Shown here: positions 51,742-64,000 of the stretch, piece by piece
Numbering within the stretch: position 1 is the first letter of the stretch
Layout: each line of letters begins with the position of its first letter
Source of the DNA: Balanoglossus misakiensis
Taxonomy: Eukaryota; Animalia; Hemichordata
Reading direction: 5' to 3'
Length of the DNA: 64,000 nt
Assembly: GCA_040954595.2 (NCBI GenBank)
Contig: CM082588.2
Span: 10,524,844 to 10,588,843 of the forward strand
Program-made: the position numbers and the translations under genes
Notes under the pieces: model-generated
Told to the model about the DNA's origin: nothing
The model's database searches: none
What the model saw: only the letters and a program-made list of their open reading frames with translations

Positions 51742-52174
51742 TGACAATCTCGCTGATAGGCGCAGCTGGAATTTATGTTTCTGTGGTATGATTATTGTAT
51801 TTTATCAATGCACAATCACGATGGGCGAGTTTCAAGCAAGCAATTGGATTCGCTTCAATCCCTCACTAAAATCTAGACTGCACCACTGTATAATAACACA
51901 ATACAGTCTTCTAGCCTCATGGTATAAACAGGAACTCTTGTCTGCTGGACATCCGTGTACTTTGGTCTACTGAGTGAACGCGTTACGTATAGAGGTAGCG
52001 CAAAGTGAAAACCTATTTAAGGCAGCCACAACAATCAGTGTTGACGTACATACAATCTGACTAAAATCGCAGTTGGTATGACGACAGCATACTAATAATA
52101 CTGTACCACATAAGTAAAAGACGTCGTCGTACCATACATCTGATTTTATTCAGATTACTGCATATTTGCATATA

Positions 52175-52381
52175 CTGTGAAACAAGTTATTTTCGCGAGC
52201 AATACATTTTCGCGAGATACGTGAGAGCCAAAATGGTATGAAAATAAGAGGTCGCATAATTATTTTTGAAGATAACGATGCAGTGAATGAAATAAGAGAA
52301 CGCGAAAATTAATACTCGCGAAACAGTAGCCTCTCTCGATATCGTGAAAATTTCAACTCGCTAAAATAAAGTGTTTTACAG
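52175..52381. mobile_element. TA-flanked MITE (Tc1/mariner-like)
   Basis: TA|CTGTGAAAC..TTATTTTCGCGAG ... CTCGCTAAAATAA..GTTTTACAG|TA with internal cgcgaaa repeats. Confidence 0.7.
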
Positions 52382-52408
52382 TAGTTTATGTATGTAAAGT
52401 GTTCCTGA

Positions 52409-52538
52409 TGTTAACACAATCTGCTTGAAATCAGATGTAGGCCTAGGGAATGGCGACGTAGTTTTTTGATGCTGCGACAGCATAAAAAACACGTCGCCGT
52501 TCCCTACATCTGATTTTAATCAGATTAGCGTTAACATA
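52409..52538. repeat. ~130-bp palindromic mini-element; related decayed copy at ~52054-52157
   Basis: atgttaac..aatctg..aaatcagatgtagg..ggcgacgt..atgctg-cga-cagcat..acgtcgcc..cctacatctgattt..cagatt..gttaacat. Confidence 0.75.
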
Positions 52539-52640
52539 ACTTTATCAGAATAAGTTAACGCCATAACTTTGACAGAATAAGAGTTGCCTCAAACGGCTCT
52601 AACCGAATTTCCATTAATAGCAGAACAAACAAGCTGTAAT

Positions 52641-54609
52641 CAATACGCCAACCTTTAAAATATTACTTTAGAAAGTTTGTATTCATACTTTCTTCAAGTT
52701 GTCATAACGCTAACCCGAAATGTGTTTTAGTATTGCCTTTGTATTAATGGGCTAGATTCATGGCGTTATATGTCATAAATTAAAAAGACAACCCTTATTG
52801 TTTTTGATAATATTTATGTCGGAGAATCCACAATGAAAAATATGTATTTTCAATTTCATAACTCAAAATAATTTTCAAATCCATGACCTTATTTTCAACT
52901 CCAGTGATCGTACATCCTGAACCTTGTTCCAGTAAATGATTGGTCATTACAGGGTTAATGGGCACTCTCCCGTTCTCTTCCTCCGCAGTTTCATTCATGT
53001 TCTTGTTTGACGGAAATGGGTGTGACCAGACGCTTGAATGTTTTCATGTGGGTTGAGTTGTTCATCGGGAACGGCCTCCTGGTGTGTCTGTACAGGTACG
53101 CAAGGAGAAACTGCCCACAAGAAGCTGCGAGTGAAACTATTTAAGGTAGTATGTGCCTCGCGGTCCGAGATTCTGACAAATGATAGTCCTCAAAACTTTT
53201 TCAAGTCATTGATTTACTAAAGTGTGTGGTGAGTCTCTTTGAAAACAACAACAATATTACTCATCATATTGTAATTTTTTGAAACTATAAAATGAAGTTG
53301 ACAATGCACCAAACAGATTCTATTTATTTCTTCATGACCATGTTCACCCCAAGGTCATATGGACCTGCAAGTATATGCCAGAGCCAGAGTCGACATTACC
53401 GAAGCCAGAGTTTAAAGCTTACAGGTCACCCCTTGCCAGCTCATGACTAGCTAAACTGCCATGGATGCCAAGAGATATATGACTACGGTAACCTGTAGAT
53501 GGTTTCAGTATGTTTGAAGAAAGTGGTGGCGCACTTTTGGCTACATTTGAAATGGCTATGGTACCAGTGGTTGAATTTGCAAAGGTGACCTTTGACCTGG
53601 CATCTTTAAAGATATTAAAGAACGATTTACCATTCCTTGTTGTCGTAAAATGACATCTGTAATAACTTATATTTTATCTGTTCATCTTGAAGTACTATAT
53701 ATTTAAACGCCAATTTTCCATTGCCAATCAAGTTTTTACAAATAAATTGTAATATGCATGTTGATTTTACAAAAACTCCTTACTTCCAAGTGAATTCTGT
53801 TACACATCACGTAACTATTTTCCCCACGAATTCTTCAGTTGCTAACTCGGAAATTTCATATATTGGGCAGAAATTGGATACATTACCCAGCCATTAAAAT
53901 TACAGTTTTCTATTTTAATTGATCGTCCATAACTTCAAGTACTTTGACTTGACATACATTAAAAACATCATGGTGAATAAATAAAAATTATTTGATTATC
54001 TAATTGTGCATGTTTACATGGTTTTATTTTAGTATGCTGGGTACTTAATGTCTAATGGCTCGCTGATTTTATACTGTTCAAGATGACAATCTAATTTTAG
54101 TTTTCAGCTGATAATTGAAATCAATGATTCAAAAAAATTGAATTTTGACATGAATAAACTTCTTGTTCATGGCAGTTGCTGTGTTTTGTTTCATTTGTAT
54201 TCAATTTTTGCAAGCATACCATTGAGCACAGTTTGATTTGATTAAACACGTTTATCGGAAAATTTTGTCATTTGAAATATCTGTTTTTGCGCCCTCTACC
54301 ATTTGACCAAATGATTCTCTTATTTTGGTGGCCTTTGTCTGTGTATATGAGAATACTATAGTACTCTCGCATCGATCATAGTAGAAGTTGATAACGTCTC
54401 TTGCCACGTGGCCTGGAAGAAAGGCGATCTTTAGAGTAAAAAAAAACAAACTATCCAGATAGGAAGCTAGAAAAGAAGTTGAATCGTTGAAATTTTATTT
54501 ATTTTATATTGTTAATATCGTTGGTGATGTTGACTGGCCGACAATCTTTGTCACACGAGTCTTTGCAGGCAGATTAAAACATTGCCTATTCCAGCAATAA
54601 TCACAACAG
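52641..54609. repeat. ~1.97-kb dispersed direct repeat, copy 2
   Basis: Colinear with 34349-36317. Confidence 0.93.
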
Positions 54610-57600
54610 GAGTGTGTCACACAGGAGACAGTTGGGATTATAGTCATAATCTACCTTAGTTTGTTGTCAACAACCAGATGTGGTCGCATTCCGTGCATCC
54701 GTGCATATTTTGGAACAACGACTCTATCGAACAGACGTATTTCAAACACCTTGGAGAAAAACATCGATGACCAGTGGAATTGACTGTCGCTTGAAATCCG
54801 ATAGGAATACACCTGTTTACGGTGGACGATACCGACACTCCTCTGCTAACTTAATCTGCTCTGCTAACTATACCTGCTTTGATTAAGTTGCGTCTAAAAC
54901 TTTCCTTACAATACAATGTGGGTCTCGACTGTCGGTCCCAACTATAGCGACGACAGCCTCGGTATGTTTCGCCGATAGCAATCCGGAGATGAAATTTGCA
55001 TACAGCAATATCTTTCAAGATAAATAATTTATGTCCTAAAGGTATTACTTTTAGTGGTCTGACGGAGACGTTTTCTGCTGTAACATGCAAAACCTGCGGC
55101 GGACCTGAGGTCATGTTGCGAACACTGTAGTTTTGTTACGCCCGCCATCCTTCGGACGTTTACCTCATCGGGGCTTCTTTGGGGAATCAGCCACGTCCGA
55201 AGGGTGAGAGTGTAAATTCTCTCCCTCTCCTTCTCCACCCAACATATTCATAGAGTCAGAGAGAGGTACCCGGCATATCGTAAACTTAACGAGAGGCATA
55301 ACGAGACTTTCAACAAGTTTTCCGAGTAACACAAATAGTTGTGGTTTATTACTGGTCACACGTAAGAATTACACGACTCTATCCATGCTCGTTGACTCCC
55401 GTCACGGATCTCCGGTGATAATAATGTGATATCAAATTTCACCACCTCTTATTAATACGTTAGTCAAGTATTATGTCATAAAAGGAACACGTCATCTTAA
55501 TATTTCTTAAACATGAACTTAGCGCGTGATATCTCTATCTCGTTCTGACATGTATCAATTACACAATCTTGTTTACTCTGAGTCAAATACCTATTTTTTT
55601 TTGGTGATTTTCACCGATGTTTTTTTTTTCAAAAATCGACGAACCAATGATTTTTTTCAAAATCGACGAAATTTTGAGATTATGCAAAGTCGAAAATTTT
55701 TCATTTTTTGATGATTTTCACCCATGATTTTTTTCAAAAATCTACGAAATTTTGAGATTTTGCAAACTCGAAAATTTGTCATTTTTTTATGATTTTCACC
55801 CATGATTTTTTTTTAAAAATCGACGAACCCATAATTTTTTTCAAAATCGACGAAATTTTGAGATTTTGCAGTCTAAAATGTTTCATTTTTTGATGATTTT
55901 CACCCATGTTTTTTTTTCAAAAATCGACGAACCCATGTTTTTTTTCAAAAGTCGACGAAATTTTGAGATTTTGCAGTCTTAAATTTGTCATTTTTTGATG
56001 GTTTTCACCCATGTTTTTTTAAAAAATCGACGAACCCGTGATTTTTTTTCAAAATCGACGAAATTTTGAGATTTTGCAAAATCAAAAATTTGTCATTTTT
56101 TGATGATTTTCACCCATGTTTTTTTTTCAGAAATCGACGAACGCATGTTTTTTTTCAAAAATCGACGAAATTTTGAGATTTTGCAGTCGAAAATTTGTCA
56201 TTTTTTGATGGTTTTCACCCATGTTTTTTTAAAAAATCGACGAACCCGTGATTTTTTTCAAAATCGACGAAATTTTGAGATTTTGCAAAATCAAAAATTT
56301 GTCATTTTTTTGATGATTTTCACCCATGATTTTTTTTCAAAAATCGACGAAATTTTGAGATTTGCAGTCGAAAATTTGTCATTTTTTGATGATTTTCACC
56401 CATGATTTTTTCAAAAATCGACGAACCCATATTTTTTTTCAAAATCGACGAAATTTTGAGATTTTGCAAAGTCGAAAATTTGTCATTTTTTGATGATTTT
56501 CACCCATGTTTTTTTTTTCAAAAATCGACGATATTTTGAGATTTCGCAAAGTTGAAAATTTGACATTTGTTGATGATTTTCATGAGCTATAGCCTATGAT
56601 TTTTTTTTCAAAAATCGACGAAATTTTGAGATTTTGCAGTCGAAAATTTGTCATTTTGTTGATTTTCACCCATGTTTTTTTTAAACAATCGACGAACCCA
56701 TGATTTTTTTTCAAAATCGACGAACTTTTGAGATTTTGCAAAATCGAAAATTTGTCATTTTTTGATGATTTTCACCCATGATTTTTTTTCAAAAATCGAC
56801 GAACCCATAATTTTTTTCAAAATCGACGAAATTTTGAGATTTTGCAAAGTCGAAAATTTTTCATTTTTTGATGATTTTCACCCATGTTTTTTTAAAAAAT
56901 CAACGAACCCATGATTTTTTTTCAAAATCGACGAAATTTTGAAATTTTGCAAAATCAAAAATTTGTCGTTTTTTTGAGGATTTTCACCCATGATTTTTTT
57001 TTCAAAAATCGACGAAATTTTGAGATTTTGCAGTCGAAAATTTGTAAATTTTTGATGATTTTCACCCATGTTTTTTTAAAAAATCAACGAACCCATGCTT
57101 TTTTTCAAAAGTCGACGAAATTTTAAGATTTTGCAGTCTTAAATTTGTCATTTTTTGATGGTTTTCACTCATGTTTTTTTTAAAAAATCGACGAACCCGT
57201 GATTTTTTTTCAAAATCGACGAAATTTTGAGATTTTGCAAAATCAAAAATTTGTCATTTTTTTGATGATTTTCACCCATGATTTTTTTTCGAAAATCGAC
57301 GAAATTTTGAGATTTTGCAGTCGAAAATTTGTCATTTTTTGAAGATTTTCACCCATGATTTTTTTCAAAAATCGACGAACCCATAATTTTTTTCAAAATC
57401 GACGAAATTTTGACATTTTGCAAAGTCGAAAATTTGTCATTTTTTGATGATTTTCACCCATGTTTTTTTTCAAAAATCGACGAACCCATGGTTTTTTTTC
57501 AAAAATCGACGATATTTTGAGATTTCGCAAAGTTGAAAATTTGACATTTGTTGATGATTTTCATGAGCTACAGCCAATGATTTTTTTTTCAAAAATCGAC

Positions 57601-58181
57601 GAAATTTTGAGATTTTGCAGTCGAAAATTTGTCATTTTGTTGATTTTCACCCATGTTTTTTTTAAACAATCGACGAACCCATGATTTTTTTTCAAAATCG
57701 GCGAACTTTTGAGATTTGGAAAATCGAAAATTTGTCATTTTTTGATGATTTTCACCCATGATTTTTTTACAAAAATCGACGAACCCATGATTTTTTTCAA
57801 AATCGACGAAATTTTGAGGTTTTGCAAAGTCGAAAATTTTTCATTTTTTGATGATTTTCACCCATGTTTTTTTTTAAAAATCAACGAACCCATGATTTTT
57901 TTTCCAAATCGACGAAATTTTGAGATTTTGCAAAGTCGAAAATTCACCCATGTTTTTTTAAAAAATCAACGAACCCATGATTTTTTTCAAAATCGATGAA
58001 ATTTTGAGATTTTGCAAAGTCGAAAATTCACCCATGTTTTTTTTCAAAAATCGACGAACCCATAATTTTTTTCAAAATCGACGAAATTTTGAGATTTTGC
58101 AAAATCAAAAATTTGTCATTTTTTGATGATTTTCACCATGATTTTTTTTCAAAAATCGACCAAATTTTGAGATTTTGCAGT

Positions 58182-61100
58182 TAGTGCGGTATGGTATGTC
58201 ATGAAAAACAGCTCCCGTAGGATTGTTGTGCTAAAATTGATTTTTTTGCTGTTTTGGCTTCTATTGGGACCCAACTACCCGAAAATGATGGGGTGCAATT
58301 TTAAGGGCCCCTCCATCATATTTTTCTCGGGGGGGGGGGGGGTACTTCCGTTTTGTGGTATGATGTGTATTCCCGTAGGATTTTTGTGCTAAAATTGATT
58401 TTTTTGCTGTTTTGGCTTCTATGGGGACCCAACTACCCGAAAATGATGGGGTGCAATTTTTAGTGCCCCTCCATCATATTTTTTCGGGGGGGGGGGGGGG
58501 GGGGTCGTCACTCCTGTTTTGGCCTCCCCGAAGATATTTATTCACCTATCTACTCCATTTTCGTAGAATTTTCTGCTAAAGAATTTTTTTTTTGCTGTTT
58601 TGACACCTGGTCACAAAAGATCACATGCAAATTTTAGGGCCCCTCTATTACATTTGTGGGGGGGGGGGCACTTACATTCCGACAATCTTAACGGTATTTG
58701 TTCACCTATACCGTGTATTCTCGTAGGAGTTTTTGCTAATAGTTATTTGTTTTGTTTGCTGTTTTGGTTTCAATGATGAATAAACATCCCCAAAATGATG
58801 GAAATCAATTTGTTGGACCCCTCCATCACATTTTCTTGCAGGGGGGGGGGGTCACTTTAGTTTTAGCAGCCCTGGAGATATTTGTTCATAGTGTGACATG
58901 TGTATTTGTAAAGGATTTCTTCCAATTTCTTTTTTTTTAACTTCTATGGGGACCTAACTGCTCAAAAATGAGGTCAAATTTTAGGGCCTCTCCACATATT
59001 GGGAATCTTAAATATTAGACGGTTTATGGGTAAACATATCAGTTACCTACTTTTGTATCAGTTGTCATATATACTACAGCGCTATCTTATTTTTATAAAT
59101 ATACTTAGTTGAATTTTGACACTAACAAATCAACCACAAATATCTCTCTGGTTTGGACTTAGCATAATATACCTCCCCTCACCTTGGACCGCCACCCAAC
59201 TCATCACCACACTCATGTTTTCTATGGTTTACAAAAATATAGTATACTAGGCTATACCAAATAGTGAACACCTATTGCCTGGCCATGAGGGCCATAGCAG
59301 CCGTTTATTACACCCGAGGGGCCGTGAGTTACCAGAATCATATGCATATGATTCTGGTAACTTTTTCGTTAAGAGTTGTTTATTCTTTCGTAGCACAATC
59401 AATGTCTGAGATATTTACCATTGTACTAAAATTCTCATCGATATAAGTCTGTGCATAAACTCTGAAGTACGTTTTAATCAACACTTGTTTTTTGGGGTAT
59501 TAAAACGATATTCAGTTGAACTCATTTCAAAGTTAAATACTGTCGTAAATAAAGCCATATCAGTTGAAGTATTGTCTATTTTAAAGTAGTATTTTCAAAA
59601 TTTTCATGCCAATAGCAAAATAGTGCTGTAAAAAGCCCTTGAACTATGTCTTACTTCTAAAACTTGTTTTGGTAAACATTAACAATATCAAATTTGGCTC
59701 ATTTTGTAGCTCAATACTACTGAAAATAAAACAAGTCTGTGAACTACATCTCAGTTTTATTACTAAATACATATTGGCTATTTTCTTAGCACCGTAAGCA
59801 GCGTTTTACGTTCCAGTTCGATAGCTATTAGGACATTTTGCAATAAACTACAGAATTAATATGTAGATAAAAATAAGATTTGCGTGATCTGTGAAAAGGG
59901 TGCCACCCCTTCATCACAATGAGAGATAAATCATACGCAACAAATTGTCCTGAACTTCCCCCAATCAAAAAGAATGGGTGGAAATCGGAGAATGGCGTGT
60001 TTTATCCAGTAAAATGTCTTGCTCTCCCTGCACCAAAGGCAGTACTAGAGCTTATCAAATGTGGCTGCAAAGCAGGTTGTAGGGGACGTTGCAGTTGCTC
60101 AAAGAATGATTTACTATGTACTCCCCTCTGCAAATGCTATGGTGGAGACTGAAAACCAGGGGGAAATGTTCTTGAAGATAACGACACTGGCGATGAGTAG
60201 ATCAAACAGAACTGGGTTTCGTGAAAATGATGATTGAGAATACCAAGATATCAGAAAAGAATCGTTATGCTTCTTGGGTTGTTTATTGCACCGTCCGTGG
60301 TAGGGAGGGTGCCTCAAGGGTCCATTTTATGAGATGGGACTGTAGCTCGGAAAATAAACTAAAATACACATTATGTACTTTATTATATATAAAGGAGTTT
60401 TAATTTACCTTAGTATACTAAATTTAGAATAAACGAAAAAATCTAAGATAAAAAAAAACTACTGTTACAACGGGTTGGCGAAAACAAATATAGAGAACCC
60501 CCCCCCCCCCCACCAAAAAATGTGGTAAAGGGGTCCAACATTTTGCACACCATCACTTTTCGGCAGTCAGTCTGCATTCAAGCCAAAGGAGCAAACCAAA
60601 TTGCAAGAAATACCACGACAATACTAACCGTATAGTAAATAGGTGAATAAGTATCTTCAGGGTGGCCAAAACAGAAATGATTACCCTCCCCCCCCAAGAC
60701 ATGATGGAAGGTTCCAAAAATTTGAACCCCATCATTTTAGTTCTGGTGGAGCCCCATTGAAACCAAAACATCAAAGAAAAATAATATTTTTAGCAAAATA
60801 TTCTATGAGAAGGGAGTAAATAGGCCAACAAACAACTTCGGAGTGGCCAAAATGGAAGTGCCCCCCCCCCAAATAAAAAATGATGGAGGGGCCCTATAAT
60901 TTGCACCCGATTATTTTTGGCCAGGTTGGTCTCCTCCAAAGCAAACACAACAAAAACAAATTAATTGTAGCCCAAATTCCCATGATGATAGAGTAAATAG
61001 GTGAACAAATATCCTCGAGTGACCAAAACAGAAGAGACCCCCCGAAAAAAATTGATGGAGGGGCCCTAAAAATTGCACCCCATGATTTTTGGGTAGTTGG

Positions 61101-61331
61101 GTCCCCATTGAAGCCAAACAGCAAAAAAAATCAATTTTAGCAGAAAAATCCTACGGGAATACACATCATACCACAAAACGGAAGTACCCCCCCCCCAGAA
61201 AAATATGATGGAGGGGCCCTTAAAATTGCACCCCATCATTTTCGGGTAGTTGGGTCCCCGTAGAAGCCAAAACAGCAAAAAAATCAATTTTAGCACAAAA
61301 ATCCTACGGGAATACACATCATACCACACTA
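58182..61331. mobile_element. Non-autonomous AcademX-like element with ~800-bp TIRs made of tandem subunits
   Basis: Termini TAGTGCGGTATG / CATACCACACTA; 3-bp TSD AGT restores the satellite gcAGTcgaaaa. G-run repeat units at 58.2-59.0 kb are mirrored at 60.5-61.3 kb; Cys-rich remnant inside. Confidence 0.8.
59919..60152 (+). pseudogene. C-terminal Cys8/CXC zinc-finger fragment typical of AcademX transposases
   Basis: PELPPIKKNGW...PAPKAVLELIKCGCKAGCRGRCSCSKNDLLCTPLCKC; the upstream protein is missing. Confidence 0.72.
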
Positions 61332-64000
61332 AGTCGAAAATTTGTAATTTTTTGATGATTTTCACCCATGTTTTTTTTTTCAAAAATCGACGAACCCATG
61401 ATTTTTTTCGAAATCGACGAAATTTTGAGATTTTGCAGTCGAAAATTTGTCATTTTTTGATGATTTTCACCCATGATTTTTTTCAAAAATCGACGAACCC
61501 ATAATTTTTTTCAAAATCGACGAAATTTTGAGATTTCGCAAAGTTGAAAATTTGACATTTGTTGATGATTTTCATGAGCTATAGCCCATGATTTTTTTTT
61601 CAAAATCGACGAACCCATGTTTTTTTTTCAAAAATCGACGATATTTTGAGATTTCGCAAAGTTGAAAATTTGACATTTGTTGATGATTTTCATGAGCTAT
61701 AGCCCATGATTTTTTATTTCAAAAATCGACGAAATTTTGAGATTTGCAAAGTCGAACATTGGTCATTTTGATGATTTTCACCCATTTTTTTTTTCAAAAA
61801 TCGACGAACCCATAATTTTTTTTCAAAATCGACGAAATTTTGAGATTTTGCAAAGTCGAAAATTTGTCATTTTTTGATGATTTTCATCCATGTTTTTTTT
61901 CACAATTCAACGAACCCATGATTGTTTTCAAAATCGACGAAATTTTGAGATTTTGCAAGAACCCATGATTTTTTTCAAATTCGACGAAATTTTGAGATTT
62001 TGCAAAGTCGAAAATTTGTCATTTTTTGATGATTTTCACCCATGATTTTTTGCAAAAATCGACGAACCCATGATTTTTTTCCAAAATCGACGAAATTTTG
62101 AGATTTTGCAAAGTCGAAAATTTGTCATTTTTTGATGATTTTCATCCATGTTTTTTTTTTCAAAATTCAACGAACCCATGATTTTTTTCAAAATCGACGA
62201 AATTTTGAGATTTTGCAAGAACCCATGATTTTTTTCAAAATCGACGAAATATTGAGATTTTGCAAAATCTCAAAATTTCGTCGATTTTGAAAAAAAATCA
62301 TGGGTTCGTCGATTTTTTAAAAAAAAACATGGGAGAAAATCTTCAAAAAATGGGAATTTTGTCGATTTTTAAAAAAAAAATCATGGGTGAAAATCATCAA
62401 AAAATGACAAATTTTCGACTTTGCAAAATCTCAAAATTTCGTCGATTTTTGAGAAAAATCATGGGTGAAAATCATCAAAAAATGACAAATTTTCGACTTT
62501 GCAAAATTTTCAAAAATTCGTCGATTTTTGAAAAAAAAATGGGTTATAGCTGATGAAAATCATCAACAAATGACAAATTTTTGACTGCAAAATCTCAAAA
62601 TTTCGTCGATTTTTGAAAAAAAAACATGGATGAAAATCATCAAAAAATGACAAATTTTCGACTGCAAAATCTCAAAATTTTGTCGATTTTGAAAAAAGTA
62701 TGGGTTCGTCGATTTTTAAAAAAAATCATGGCTGAAAATCATCAAAAAATGACAAATTTTCGACTTTGCAAGAACTTCGAGATTTTCGTCGATTTTTGAA
62801 AAAAAAAATCGTGGGGGGGGGGGAAATCATAAAAAAATGACAAATTTTCGACTTTGCAAAATCTCAATATATCGTCGATTTTGGAAAAAAAAAAACATGG
62901 GTTCGTCGAAAAAAAAACGGGTGAAAATCATCAAAAAATGACAAATTTTCGAATTTGCAAAATCTCAAAAGTCCGTCGATTTTGAAAAAAAACATGGGTG
63001 AAAATCTTCAAAAAATGATTCTTGAAAAAAAATGGGTGAAAATCATCAAAAATGACAAAGTTTCGACTTTGCAAAATCTCAAAATTTCATCGATTTCTGA
63101 AAAAAATCATAGGGGAAAATCATCAAAAAATGACAAATTTTCGACTGCAAAATCTTAAAATTTCGTCAATTTTTGAAAAAAAATCATGGGTAAAAATCAT
63201 CAAAAAATGACAAATGTTCAACTTTGCAAAATCTCAAAATTTCGTCGATTTTTGAAAAAAAAAATCGTGGGGGGGGGGAAATCATCAAAAAAATTACAAA
63301 TTTTCGACTTAACAAAATTTTCACAAATTCGTCGATTTTTGAAAAAAAAAACATGGGTTCGTCCATTTTTGAAAAAAAAAACATGGGTGAAAATCATCAA
63401 CAAATGACAAATGTTCAACTTTGCAAAATCTCAAAATATTGTCGATTTTTGAAAAAAAATCATGGGTTCGTTGATTTTTGAAAAAAAAACGGGTGAAAAT
63501 CATCAAAAAATTACAAATTTTCGTCTTTGCAAAATCTCAAAATTTCGTCGATTTTTGAAAAATAAAATCATGGGTAAAAATCATCAAAAAAATACAAATT
63601 TTCGACTTTGCAAAATCTAAAAATTTTGTCGATTTTTGAAAAAAATCATGGGTGAAAATCATCAAAAAATGACAAATTTTCGACTTTGCAAAATCTCAAA
63701 ATTTCGTAGATTTTTGAAAAAAAATCATGGGTTCGTTGATTTTTGAAAAAAAAACATGGGTGAAAATCATCAAAAAATTACAAATTTTCGAATTTGCAAA
63801 ATCTCAAAATTTCGTCGATTTTTGAAAAAAAAACATGGGTGAAAATCATCAAAAAATGACAAATTTTCGACTTTGCAAAATCTCAAAATTTCGTAAATTT
63901 TTGAAAAAAAGTCATGGGTGAAAATCATAAAAAAATTACAAATTTTCGTCTTTGCAAAATCTCAAAATTTCGTCGATTTTTGAAAAAAAAAATCATGGGT

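Larger units (their letters stand above)
55596..64000. repeat. Satellite 2: AT-rich array of ~77/~103-bp units built from A/T tracts
   Basis: Recurring gatgattttcacccatg(T)n caaaaatcgacgaa[cccatg(T)n caaaatcgacgaa]attttgagattttgcaaagtcgaaaatttgtcatttt. Interrupted at 58182-61331; reverse-complement orientation after 62262. Confidence 0.96.

Noticed and set aside
34349-54609. The 2-kb direct repeats as LTRs of the Gmr1-like element
   Set aside because: They lack TG..CA ends, an adjacent PBS/PPT and a TSD. The true LTR and PBS are at 36532-37847.
59919-60152. Host tesmin/LIN54-like CXC gene
   Set aside because: Isolated fragment inside TAG..CTA TIRs with a TSD; the upstream GW..PAP context fits an Academ transposase tail.
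55526-63506. Phe/Lys-rich ORFs in the right-hand array
   Set aside because: Translations of A/T-tract satellite 2 and of TIR repeat units.

Overview
AT-rich, repeat-saturated eukaryotic region, most likely from an invertebrate animal (spliceosomal GT-AG introns, tRNA-derived SINEs, Gypsy elements). No host protein-coding gene is supported. In order: a 192-bp satellite with higher-order repeats (1-13.2 kb); duplicated SINE/MITE blocks; a 3'-truncated, intron-rich Kolobok-type DNA transposon (17.5-29.2 kb) carrying a young Mag-like Gypsy element with identical 154-bp LTRs in an intron; and a Gmr1-type Gypsy element (integrase before RT, 36.5-48.9 kb). The Gmr1 element is split by the most notable feature, a 7.0-kb DNA transposon (39940-46915, 3-bp TSD ACA). 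It has RSS-like bipartite ends (CACTRC-type heptamer, 19-bp unconserved spacer, conserved TGGGCAGTATT box), a RAG1/Transib-like DDE transposase that seems to lack the usual CCHH zinc ligands, and a convergent intact 216-aa ORF of unknown family; a piggyBac remnant interrupts it in turn. Academ, Kolobok and Tc1-like MITEs follow, then a second AT-rich satellite (55.6-64 kb) with an AcademX-like insertion and a strand switch. Family assignments come from recalled motifs and terminus/TSD rules, not database searches.
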